Shown here: one piece after another, positions 56,220-64,000 of the stretch
How positions within the stretch are numbered: position 1 is the stretch's first letter
Layout of the letters: the number at the start of each line of letters is the position of its first letter
Origin: an uncultured Phycisphaerales bacterium
GTDB lineage: Bacteria; Planctomycetota; Phycisphaerae; Sedimentisphaerales; Anaerobacaceae
Length of the DNA: 64,000 nt
Direction: 5' to 3'
NCBI GenBank assembly: GCA_903857265.1
Contig: CAIODZ010000021.1
Coordinates: forward strand, 78,794-142,793
Made by a program: the position numbers and the translations under genes
The notes under the pieces: generated by a model
Told to the model about the DNA's origin: nothing
Databases searched by the model: none
What the model saw: the letters and a program-made list of their open reading frames with translations, nothing else

Positions 56220-58454
56220 ATGCTGAATGAAGAACCGCTAAAATCCAGAAGTTTTTTATCAATTTCCGTCCCTGTCGCGACGGTATTCATCTCAAGTTTC
56301 TGCCTGATGGTCCTTGAGATGGTGGCGGGCAGACTTATAGCACGATATCTTGGCTCATCATTATATACCTGGACCGCCGTCATAGAGGTGGTCCTCGCGG
56401 GCATCACCATAGGTTATTACATAGGCGGCCGTATAGCGGACAATTTCGATACCCAAAAATCGCTTCCCGTGTTGTTCATCGCCGGCTCAATCTCCTGCGT
56501 GCTGATTATTATCTTCGGCAACGCGATACGCGAATGGCTGTTTCTCTGGCAGTTCGGCTGGCCGGTGCGGGTGTTCAGCACTATGGCTATTATGTTTCTG
56601 CTGCCCTGCACCGTGCTTGGCGCGATTACGCCCGTGGTGGCTAAGGACGCCCTCGAAAAAGGGCTGCCCAAAGGCAGAACTGTGGGCGATATATACGCCT
56701 GGGGGGCCGCCGGAAGCATCGCGGGGACGCTGGCCGCCGGCTATTACCTCATCCCGGCAATGGGAACGATGACCCTGATTTGGCTGGTAGCAGGAATTCT
56801 GGCGATACTTGCCATAATCTGCCGGCTGCGATTCCGGCCTGCGTATCTGTGGCTGGCGGTATTCGCTTTCCTGCTTATTACGGCTGCGGCCCCGACGCAG
56901 TGGTGCATGACACTGGGCGCGGGTCTTATGCTGCGGGAACCAATTGACCCGAGGGTGATTTACCAGGATGAAAGCCAGTATTGCTACATCGCCGTCAAAC
57001 AGCTTTCGGCATTTCCTGACAGGCGAATCTTTATGCAGGACACGCTGAAGCACAGCGAAATAATTATGGGCGATATCAATGACCTGCAGTATGAATACAC
57101 GATTATTTACGCCGACATCACACGTCTGATGAATCAAAACAAGAAAAACCTCAATGTGATGTTTATAGGAGGCGGCGGCTATGTCTTTCCGAGATATATC
57201 CAGGCCAACTGGCCCGGCAGCAGGATAGACGTAGTTGAAATCGACCCCGCGGTCACCAGGGCAGCCATCGAGGAATTTGGCCTTGAAAAAAACAGCCCTA
57301 TAAATATATTCACTATGGACGCGAGAAATTACGTCGATAAGCTGCTCGAAGACAGGCATAATGGTAAACCAATACCAAAATATGACTTCATTTATGAAGA
57401 TGCTTTCAACGACTATTCCGTGCCGTATCAATTGGTAACTCGTGAATTCAACGATAAAATCGCCGAGATTCTTTCCGATGACGGCGCGTATATTATGAAT
57501 CTGGTAGATACGCACGACATCGCTCAATTCCTCGGCGCCGTTATCAATACCCTGCAAAAGACATTCCCTTACGTTTATGTCACCGCGGAACAAAACAGTC
57601 ACCCCGTCACGCGCGAGCCCTTTGTCATCGTGGCCGCCAAAAAGCCGATAGATATGATGGCCCTTCAAGACGACAAAAAAATCAAAATATGGCACCCGAC
57701 CGAAGCGGAAATGGAGTATTTCAGGAAAAGCTCGCGTGGAATTGTACTTACGGACGACTATGCCCCCGTGGAAAATCTGCTCACTCCTGTAGTCAACCGA
57801 AGTTTCAGGGAAACACTGGGCCAAAGGTATTTAGACGACGCAAAAACGCTTAAGGCCGAGGGCAAACTTAACGAGAGCGTAGTGGCTTTCGAAAATGCCG
57901 CCCGGTTTAGTCCGTCAACGTCTATTCTGGCCTTTAATGAAATCGCCCTGATAAAAGCGGCGCAAAACAAGCCGCTGGAATCGATTAAGGCCTTCCAAGC
58001 AGCCCTTGATTCTTACGACCCCAATATCACCAAAGAAAGATTAAGAGGCCCTATTTATCTCAACCTGGGCATCCTCCTGAATCAACTGGGCGGGAAAGAT
58101 GATTCCCGCCGGTATCTTGCAAAGGCCATTGAGGAATTCCGTCTCGAACTGGCCAACGACCCGAATTCCGCCCTTACATGGTCCCGGCTGGGTCAAACTT
58201 TTGGTATGATTGGCGACCTTAACGAGGCATCAAACGCCTTCGAAAAAGCGATAGCCCTGGAACCGGGAAATATGGCCCATCGATACAGTTTGGCGCAGGT
58301 GTTTGAGTCCCAGGACCGGCTGACCGATGCCATTGCGGTAGTCCAAAAAGCGATAGAACTCGCATCTATATCGGGCAACAGCGATGCCACAGCAGACCTC
58401 AAAGAATATCTAAGCTCTTTAGAGCGTAAACAAGCAGCAAAAGCCCCAAAGTAA
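56220..58454 (+). CDS. fused polytopic-membrane / spermidine-synthase-like protein with C-terminal TPR repeats
   Basis: About 7 N-terminal TM segments. Methyltransferase-fold motifs FIGGGGYVFPRY, VEIDP and YEDAFND. TPR region in the last 200 aa. Confidence 0.85.
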   Translation: MLNEEPLKSRSFLSISVPVATVFISSFCLMVLEMVAGRLIARYLGSSLYTWTAVIEVVLAGITIGYYIGGRIADNFDTQKSLPVLFIAGSISCVLIIIFGNAIREWLFLWQFGWPVRVFSTMAIMFLLPCTVLGAITPVVAKDALEKGLPKGRTVGDIYAWGAAGSIAGTLAAGYYLIPAMGTMTLIWLVAGILAILAIICRLRFRPAYLWLAVFAFLLITAAAPTQWCMTLGAGLMLREPIDPRVIYQDESQYCYIAVKQLSAFPDRRIFMQDTLKHSEIIMGDINDLQYEYTIIYADITRLMNQNKKNLNVMFIGGGGYVFPRYIQANWPGSRIDVVEIDPAVTRAAIEEFGLEKNSPINIFTMDARNYVDKLLEDRHNGKPIPKYDFIYEDAFNDYSVPYQLVTREFNDKIAEILSDDGAYIMNLVDTHDIAQFLGAVINTLQKTFPYVYVTAEQNSHPVTREPFVIVAAKKPIDMMALQDDKKIKIWHPTEAEMEYFRKSSRGIVLTDDYAPVENLLTPVVNRSFRETLGQRYLDDAKTLKAEGKLNESVVAFENAARFSPSTSILAFNEIALIKAAQNKPLESIKAFQAALDSYDPNITKERLRGPIYLNLGILLNQLGGKDDSRRYLAKAIEEFRLELANDPNSALTWSRLGQTFGMIGDLNEASNAFEKAIALEPGNMAHRYSLAQVFESQDRLTDAIAVVQKAIELASISGNSDATADLKEYLSSLERKQAAKAPK

Positions 58455-58518
58455 GCAAATACCGCCTGTTTTTGGGAACTTATTTTGCCCCCCGACTGTC
58501 AAATAACGTAGAAACTCT

Positions 58519-59637
58519 ATGATTAAGACATTGCGAATAACGAGTATCATAGCGGCGATAGCGGCGGCGGGCCTGCTTGTATTACCCGCGGTTTATGGCG
58601 TGCGCAGTAACCCTAAAATAGAGGAATTTCTCAAATCACCCGGCATAGTCGATAAATTCACGTCCGCCAAGGGGCAACAGACCTCTAAAGACCCAAGCCA
58701 AAATTCGCCGCTGGTAAAAGCGGCAGTGGACTACGCTACGATTATAAATCCGACACCCCCGCCCAAACCTGCACCGAGCGCACAGCCGTCTGGTTCTTCG
58801 CAGCCGGCCCCTCCTGTGCCCGTCACGGCCAAATTCGACCTGATAGCAACCTCCTATTTTGCTTCAAATCCTGAACAGTCGTTTGTCCTGATAGATGAGC
58901 CGGGAAAAGGCCAACATTGGGTCAAACAAGGCTCAACCGTAGGCCATTTGACAATCGAGACGGTTAAAGACGGCTCGATAGTGTTGCGAAACGGCCAAAG
59001 TACGTCAGAAATGGCCGTCAAGGTTCAGGAATCATGGAAAAAGCTGCTAAAAAATCCGCCGTCTTCGACGCGTTCGTCCTCATCGAAAGAACCAGTCGTA
59101 GCCAGCTCGGCTGTGCAGACACCGCCCGGCCCTAAAGGGCCTGAAAACGCCGTTATTCCTTCGCCTGTTACCGCGAATAGGCCAGCAGGTATTACCCCTA
59201 CCCCGCCCAACTCTCGCCGGGATTCAAGGCAAGGCGCAACACCTCCTGCGTCTGAACGAATTACCTCTCCGAACCAGCCCCCCCCGACAATTGGGCAACC
59301 CAAGCTGGCAGAAACCGTGAAGCCCCCGCCCGCTTCCGAAGTTAGCCAGCCGCCTACACCTCCGGTTTTACCAACTCCGGCAGTGGCGCAACCTCAGCCG
59401 GTGGAGGCACCGAAAACGACACCTGCCCCCGAAATTACTCAGCCGCCACAGCCGGAAGTCCCTGACTCACCCGCTGTAAAGGAAAAATCCGCCCAGATAG
59501 ATAAGCTTATGTCCGAAATGGGCTCATCAACTGATGAAAAGAAAATAGATGAACTGCTTAAGCAGATAGAGGAGCTTAGCAAGATGAGGGAAGCGGAAAG
59601 CACAAAAGAGGTTAACGCAAAAGACGTCAATAAGTAG
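58519..59637 (+). CDS. membrane-anchored proline-rich protein (GspC/PilP-like beta domain possible)
   Basis: N-terminal TM. The small beta domain (FVLIDEPGKGQHWVKQGSTVGHLTIETVKDGSIVL) is flanked by long P/T/S-rich low-complexity stretches. Confidence 0.7.
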   Translation: MIKTLRITSIIAAIAAAGLLVLPAVYGVRSNPKIEEFLKSPGIVDKFTSAKGQQTSKDPSQNSPLVKAAVDYATIINPTPPPKPAPSAQPSGSSQPAPPVPVTAKFDLIATSYFASNPEQSFVLIDEPGKGQHWVKQGSTVGHLTIETVKDGSIVLRNGQSTSEMAVKVQESWKKLLKNPPSSTRSSSSKEPVVASSAVQTPPGPKGPENAVIPSPVTANRPAGITPTPPNSRRDSRQGATPPASERITSPNQPPPTIGQPKLAETVKPPPASEVSQPPTPPVLPTPAVAQPQPVEAPKTTPAPEITQPPQPEVPDSPAVKEKSAQIDKLMSEMGSSTDEKKIDELLKQIEELSKMREAESTKEVNAKDVNK

Positions 59638-59681
59638 TTCGCCTCAAAATTAACTCCGCCGTGGATTTTTGCGGACAAAAC

Positions 59682-60317
59682 TTACTTTTCTTCCTCTTTC
59701 TTAACGCCCGCCTGCCCCGCCTTTAATTGCTCAATTTCAGCCGACAATTCCACGGTCCAGTCCATTAAACTTGACACCGTTTCTTCGCACTGCTTGTCAA
59801 TTTCTTTCGCCACCCTCTCATCCCTGGTATTCTCACACTTTTCAAGCTGACTTCTGACGCTCCGGACATCTTCGTCACGTTTTTTCATCTGGTCCTGAAG
59901 CTTCGCGTTTAGCTCCTTTATCTCGTCATCTCGCTTTGTTATTTCCGCCCGGGTCGATGTCTGGGTCAACGCCTGGTTTTTTTCAAGCCGCTCGCTTAGT
60001 TTTTTTATCTCGTCATCTCTTTTTGCTACTTCCGCCTGGAGCGGCGCCTGGGCTTTTTTAAGCTGCTCACTTAGTTTTTTTATCTCGTCATCCTTCTTTT
60101 TTGTTTCGGCCTGAAACTGCGTATTGAGATTCTTGATATCATCGTCTCTCTTCTTTTTCTCGGCCTGAAGCTGCGATTGCAGGTCTCTATTCTCCACCGC
60201 CGCCAGCCGGGCCTTTTTTTCTCCCGATGATGCCTGTTCTTCCTGGCAGCCGCCTGCCCAAACAACCGCCATACTGATTGCCAAAACCGCCGCAAACGTT
60301 TTCTTCATTTCTACCAC
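59682..60317 (-). CDS. coiled-coil lipoprotein with imperfect tandem repeats
   Basis: Lipobox VWAGGC. K(K/R)DDEIKKL-type repeats. The 12-nt core TATCTCGTCATC recurs at 59919, 60006 and 60081. Confidence 0.75.
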   Translation of the reverse strand: MVEMKKTFAAVLAISMAVVWAGGCQEEQASSGEKKARLAAVENRDLQSQLQAEKKKRDDDIKNLNTQFQAETKKKDDEIKKLSEQLKKAQAPLQAEVAKRDDEIKKLSERLEKNQALTQTSTRAEITKRDDEIKELNAKLQDQMKKRDEDVRSVRSQLEKCENTRDERVAKEIDKQCEETVSSLMDWTVELSAEIEQLKAGQAGVKKEEEK

Positions 60318-60477
60318 CCCTTACAATTCGCTTATACGAAATAGTCCATTTGACAAACAAATATACCATCACTAAAACCCCTGTCAAGCTCACTTCCTGT
60401 GTTTATAGACCTTGATTTTATGTTCTAATTTTGATATAATGAAAAATTATATATGAACGAACGGAGGCGGGTTTGAA

Positions 60478-62148
60478 ATGCACAGAATTTGGTTGTTTTT
60501 GATACCTTTGTGCTGCACGCAAGGTTTGCATGCACAGATGCTCTACGTCCCCTTACAGCACAGCACTATCCAATCAGCTATCGACTCAGCGACGGGCGGC
60601 GATACTGTCGTCGTCTCATCGGGCACTTACCAAGAAAATATCGACTTCAAAGGCAAAGCCATCACCGTACAATCAGCCGACCCTAATGACCCCAATATTG
60701 TCGCCTCGACAATAATCGACGGCTCAACTCCGGCAGACCAGAATTTCGGCAGCGTTGTCCTGTTCAAATCCGGCGAAGACCATAACTCGGTTCTGGCGGG
60801 CTTCACAATAACCGGCGGAACCGGCTCATGGTTAGTCGTCGCGTGGAAATACAGCGGAATATTCTGGAACCGCTGCGGCGGCGGCATCCTCTGCTGCAAC
60901 ATGTCCGAACCCACGATTACCAAGAATGTCTTCGTAAACAACAGGGCGGGCGAAGGCGGCGGCATTTATATTTACGGCGACCCGGTCAATCCAAGCGACC
61001 CAGTCGATCCAGCCGTCCACGTCAACCCCATTATCACCGACAACGCCTTCTTCAATAATACGGCCCTTAGCGCACACGGTTTTACCCCGCCGAATACCAC
61101 CTACGCAGCCAATGAGCACGGCGACGGCGGCGCAATTATCTGCTATCAGGGTGTCGATGCGAATATAACCGACAACCTAATCATCGGCAATCACGCCGAA
61201 TGGTACGGCGGCGGCATCCATTGTCGCCAGTGGAGCAACCCACTCATCGCTGAAAACGAAATAGCCGACAATAACTCCTCGCTGGGCGCTGGCATTCACA
61301 TCACCTATACCTCAGCGCCACATATCGTAGATAACCTCATTAAGGCAAACATCGCGGGCGGGCTGGGCGGCGGCGGTATTTACGTCTATTACAATTCCAA
61401 TCCACTCATCGAGCGAAACACCATCACACAAAATGTATCCTCCAACGGGGCCGGCATAGCAGTGTTCTGGACCAGTAACCCGATTATACGCGATAACTTT
61501 ATATATAAAAACGTAAGCGGCGCAGGCATCCGGGTTAAAGGCGGCTCAATACCGGTCATCACCAATAACACCATAGTCGCGAATACCGCACCATCTTATG
61601 GCGGCGGCGTGGACTGCCTGACAGATTCCGCCCCGATTATCACAAACAATATAATCACCTCGAACGGCGGCTCAGGCATCTACGCCCTATCCACCCCGCC
61701 TGTAATCAAATACAACACCGTCTGGGGCAACAAGACGGGCAATTACAACCCGATTATAGGCGACCAGACCGGTATAAACGGCAATATATCTGTTGACCCC
61801 TGTTTTGTAAGACCCGATATCAATAATTTCCATCTCGACTATAACAGCCCCTGCAAAAACGCGGGCGATCCGAATTTTACAGCGGCAACCGGCGAAACCG
61901 ATATCGACTACGAACCAAGAATCTTTAACGCCAAAGTGGATATTGGCGCTGATGAGGTGGTTACTAACCCCTTTGATTTGGACAATGACGGCATAATTGA
62001 TTATTACGAGCTTGGTGTGCTGACCAATGAATGGCTGTGGACCGGTTCAGGATTACAAACCGATTTCAATTCGGATGGAATTGTGAATTTCGACGATTTT
62101 GCTGTTCTGGCCAACCAATGGCTCTGGACCGCCGGCTGGCGAAAATAA
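60478..62148 (+). CDS. secreted right-handed parallel beta-helix protein with a C-terminal dockerin-like module
   Basis: Signal peptide. Many N..GGGI/GAGI beta-helix turns. The C-terminal duplicated segment DLDNDGIIDYYELGVLTNEWL / DFNSDGIVNFDDFAVLANQWL is dockerin/EF-hand-like. Confidence 0.85.
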   Translation: MHRIWLFLIPLCCTQGLHAQMLYVPLQHSTIQSAIDSATGGDTVVVSSGTYQENIDFKGKAITVQSADPNDPNIVASTIIDGSTPADQNFGSVVLFKSGEDHNSVLAGFTITGGTGSWLVVAWKYSGIFWNRCGGGILCCNMSEPTITKNVFVNNRAGEGGGIYIYGDPVNPSDPVDPAVHVNPIITDNAFFNNTALSAHGFTPPNTTYAANEHGDGGAIICYQGVDANITDNLIIGNHAEWYGGGIHCRQWSNPLIAENEIADNNSSLGAGIHITYTSAPHIVDNLIKANIAGGLGGGGIYVYYNSNPLIERNTITQNVSSNGAGIAVFWTSNPIIRDNFIYKNVSGAGIRVKGGSIPVITNNTIVANTAPSYGGGVDCLTDSAPIITNNIITSNGGSGIYALSTPPVIKYNTVWGNKTGNYNPIIGDQTGINGNISVDPCFVRPDINNFHLDYNSPCKNAGDPNFTAATGETDIDYEPRIFNAKVDIGADEVVTNPFDLDNDGIIDYYELGVLTNEWLWTGSGLQTDFNSDGIVNFDDFAVLANQWLWTAGWRK

Positions 62149-62197
62149 TCCCAGACCTCGGCATCTCAAATCAAGACCGAACAGGTCGGTCAAGACA

Positions 62198-64000
62198 TTA
62201 TTTCAACTGTTTTTTATAAAATTCCAACTGTGTTCGGATATGCTCGGCCAAATCGTTCGCGCCAACGGCAAGAGCCAGTTTGAGGGCTTCTTCGGCGGTC
62301 GCGGCCGCCTCCGCAAATTGTTTGTCGGATGCGAGAGCCGTTGCCAGCAGGTTGAGAGTAACAGGATTTTGGCGATTTGTATGCTGCACGGCACGACGAG
62401 CATATTCAACGGCCTTTGTTGAACGGCGAATATCGGTATCCTGCTGAGCAGCAAAAAACCTGACCAGACCATCAAGTGCATCAATATCATCGGGCTTGAT
62501 ATCAAGAGCTTGCTGGAGATAAATAATCGCACCAGGAACGTCACCCTGCTTTAATAGAACACCGGCAAGGTGGTAATGCAGGGTCTCATCATCAGGAATA
62601 ATTTTAATCGCCTGTTTGAGATAATTAACGGCTTCGCCAAACCGGCCCTGCGATTCGAGCAAATCAGCAAGGACAAGATAGGTTTTGGGATCGTTGGGCA
62701 AAACATCTATCGCAATTCGTAACTGTTCTATGGCATCCTGAAACTTACCTTGTGACTGTGCAAGATTATAACGCATAGTGGCAATAATATAAGGATGAAC
62801 TGCCGGGTTCCGTTGTGCAATGTCAATCGCACGGGTGAGATGATAAATAAGTTCGTCGGTTTTACCCTGTTCAAGAAGCATCTGACCGAGGTTATTGTGC
62901 GCAATCCACGAATCGGGATTTTTTTTGAGCGTGTCGTTCCAGAGAGTTTCAAGATTAGTATAAATCCGGCACTGTCGCCAGGTAAGAACGGCACAGGTGA
63001 GTAACAAAACAAAGGCAATGAGCACTTTGGTTATTTTCGCATATTTGCCTAATCTCGCTATCAGCCGGGAACCGGCAGCCACCGCGAGGGTTATTAGGGC
63101 AATGGCGGCCATATATTGATAGTGGTCGGCAACCCACGTATATACGAAAGTATAAAGGTCAAGGAAGCCAAGCATTGGAGATAATGCGGCGACAAAGAAC
63201 AGGACGGCGGCGATAACACGTCGGCCGAGTACTTTACGCCAAAACCAAAGCCCACCCGCCATGAGCAGGCAAGCAAGAAGCCAGATGTATTGGGACACCT
63301 TAGCAGGATTGATGTCCCAACGGGGGTAACTAAAAGCGAGGTTTGCCGGGAAAAATATTTTGGCTGCATAGAACCAGACGGCCCTTGAGGCAATCAATAA
63401 TCGCTCCAAAATGCTCAGGTGCATATCGACAAGACCTGTGCCCTGATGCTGGTGTTCCCACCATATTACCAGCAGCCCCATTGCGATACCCATCACAACG
63501 TATGGAATGACCAGGAGAAACGACTTAATTTTAAGAGGAATATCCTTTAACCAGATTACCAGTAACAGGGCGGCGGGCAGAACACAGGCGGTGGTTTTGC
63601 TGAATAAAGCGATCGCATAACATAAGAGCGAAAGAACATAAAATAAAATCGCCCTTTTTTTAGTTTGGGGCCGGAGTGCAAATTCAATCCAGAACAACAA
63701 CGACAACAGAGAAAAAACGAGCATAAGGACATTCTTGCGCTCGGTTATCCAGGCAACGGATTCCACGTTGACGGGGTGAAGAGCAAAAAGGGCGGCAGCC
63801 ACAAAGGCGGCTGGTATCGCTAATCGTCTGAGAATCAGCCAGAGCAGAAGCGAACTGATGATATGAATTGCCACATTAGCGATGTGATAGGGCATCGGGT
63901 TAAATCCCCACAGTTTGTGCTCGAGCCGAAACGTTGTGTAAACCAGCGGAAAGTACTGCGATGTGGCATCAGTAGAAAACCATATACGCCAGAGACCATC
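62198..64000 (-). CDS. TMTC/PMT-like polytopic membrane protein with C-terminal TPR repeats (5' end outside the window)
   Basis: The reading frame stays open upstream of the Met at 63895 to the window edge (DGLWRIWFSTDATSQYFPLVYTTFRLEHKLWGFNP-MPYHIANVAIH). This matches the Y.PL...SF.L...L.G..P..YH..N...H motif of DUF1736/TMTC-like proteins. There are about 10 TM segments, then TPRs. Confidence 0.85.
   Translation of the reverse strand, partial: DGLWRIWFSTDATSQYFPLVYTTFRLEHKLWGFNPMPYHIANVAIHIISSLLLWLILRRLAIPAAFVAAALFALHPVNVESVAWITERKNVLMLVFSLLSLLFWIEFALRPQTKKRAILFYVLSLLCYAIALFSKTTACVLPAALLLVIWLKDIPLKIKSFLLVIPYVVMGIAMGLLVIWWEHQHQGTGLVDMHLSILERLLIASRAVWFYAAKIFFPANLAFSYPRWDINPAKVSQYIWLLACLLMAGGLWFWRKVLGRRVIAAVLFFVAALSPMLGFLDLYTFVYTWVADHYQYMAAIALITLAVAAGSRLIARLGKYAKITKVLIAFVLLLTCAVLTWRQCRIYTNLETLWNDTLKKNPDSWIAHNNLGQMLLEQGKTDELIYHLTRAIDIAQRNPAVHPYIIATMRYNLAQSQGKFQDAIEQLRIAIDVLPNDPKTYLVLADLLESQGRFGEAVNYLKQAIKIIPDDETLHYHLAGVLLKQGDVPGAIIYLQQALDIKPDDIDALDGLVRFFAAQQDTDIRRSTKAVEYARRAVQHTNRQNPVTLNLLATALASDKQFAEAAATAEEALKLALAVGANDLAEHIRTQLEFYKKQLK

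Noticed and set aside
56487-57824. 445-aa ORF antisense to the fused spermidine-synthase gene. There are similar long antisense ORFs at 36713..37936 (407 aa) and 17625..18677 (350 aa).
   Set aside because: The first two are exactly codon-aligned with the sense gene. The third is codon-aligned over its overlap with the lipid-kinase gene and out of phase over the adjacent CYTH gene. A codon-aligned antisense frame stays open simply where the sense gene lacks TTA/CTA/TCA codons. The translations are Arg/Gly/Pro/His-rich low-information sequence, while the sense strands carry clear domain motifs. I saw no start-site signals.

Overview
Gene-dense 64-kb chromosomal segment with about 60 CDS and 2 tRNAs. 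I saw no rRNA, CRISPR array, transposase, phage gene or defence-island hallmark. Most of it is housekeeping and cell-envelope content: valS, rho, coaE, yacG, lspA, leuS, kdsA, priA, miaB, rpmE, prfA, pabB/pabC, a Nif3-like gene, scpB, a CapD-type sugar dehydratase, a Ca-type P-type ATPase and two radical-SAM enzymes. Many genes sit in tight operons with ATGA/TAATG stop-start overlaps. PEP-CTERM sorting signals, a dockerin-like module, TPR/TMTC-like and fused spermidine-synthase membrane proteins, and a Rho with an N-terminal extension suggest a PVC-superphylum (Planctomycetota/Phycisphaerae-like) host. That is inference only. The one accessory-looking patch is about 26.7-36.5 kb. It starts at tRNA-Pro with a decayed guaA fragment. 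It then carries ppnP, eda, an HTH-REC response regulator, a soluble HDOD-GAF-like histidine kinase, a GAF-like protein, an orphan GroES-like gene and a four-gene PEP-CTERM cassette behind a long leader. This patch is peppered with short tandem heptamer/nonamer arrays, one of them inside the kinase reading frame. I did not find a clear-cut novel multi-gene system. The best candidates are (a) the kinase/regulator module with the out-of-frame heptamer tract next to the PEP-CTERM cassette, and (b) an archaeal-adenylate-kinase-like/deoxyribosyltransferase-like fusion protein plus a membrane protein embedded in the prfA-pabBC operon. All functional calls come from motif recognition by eye; no database search was run.
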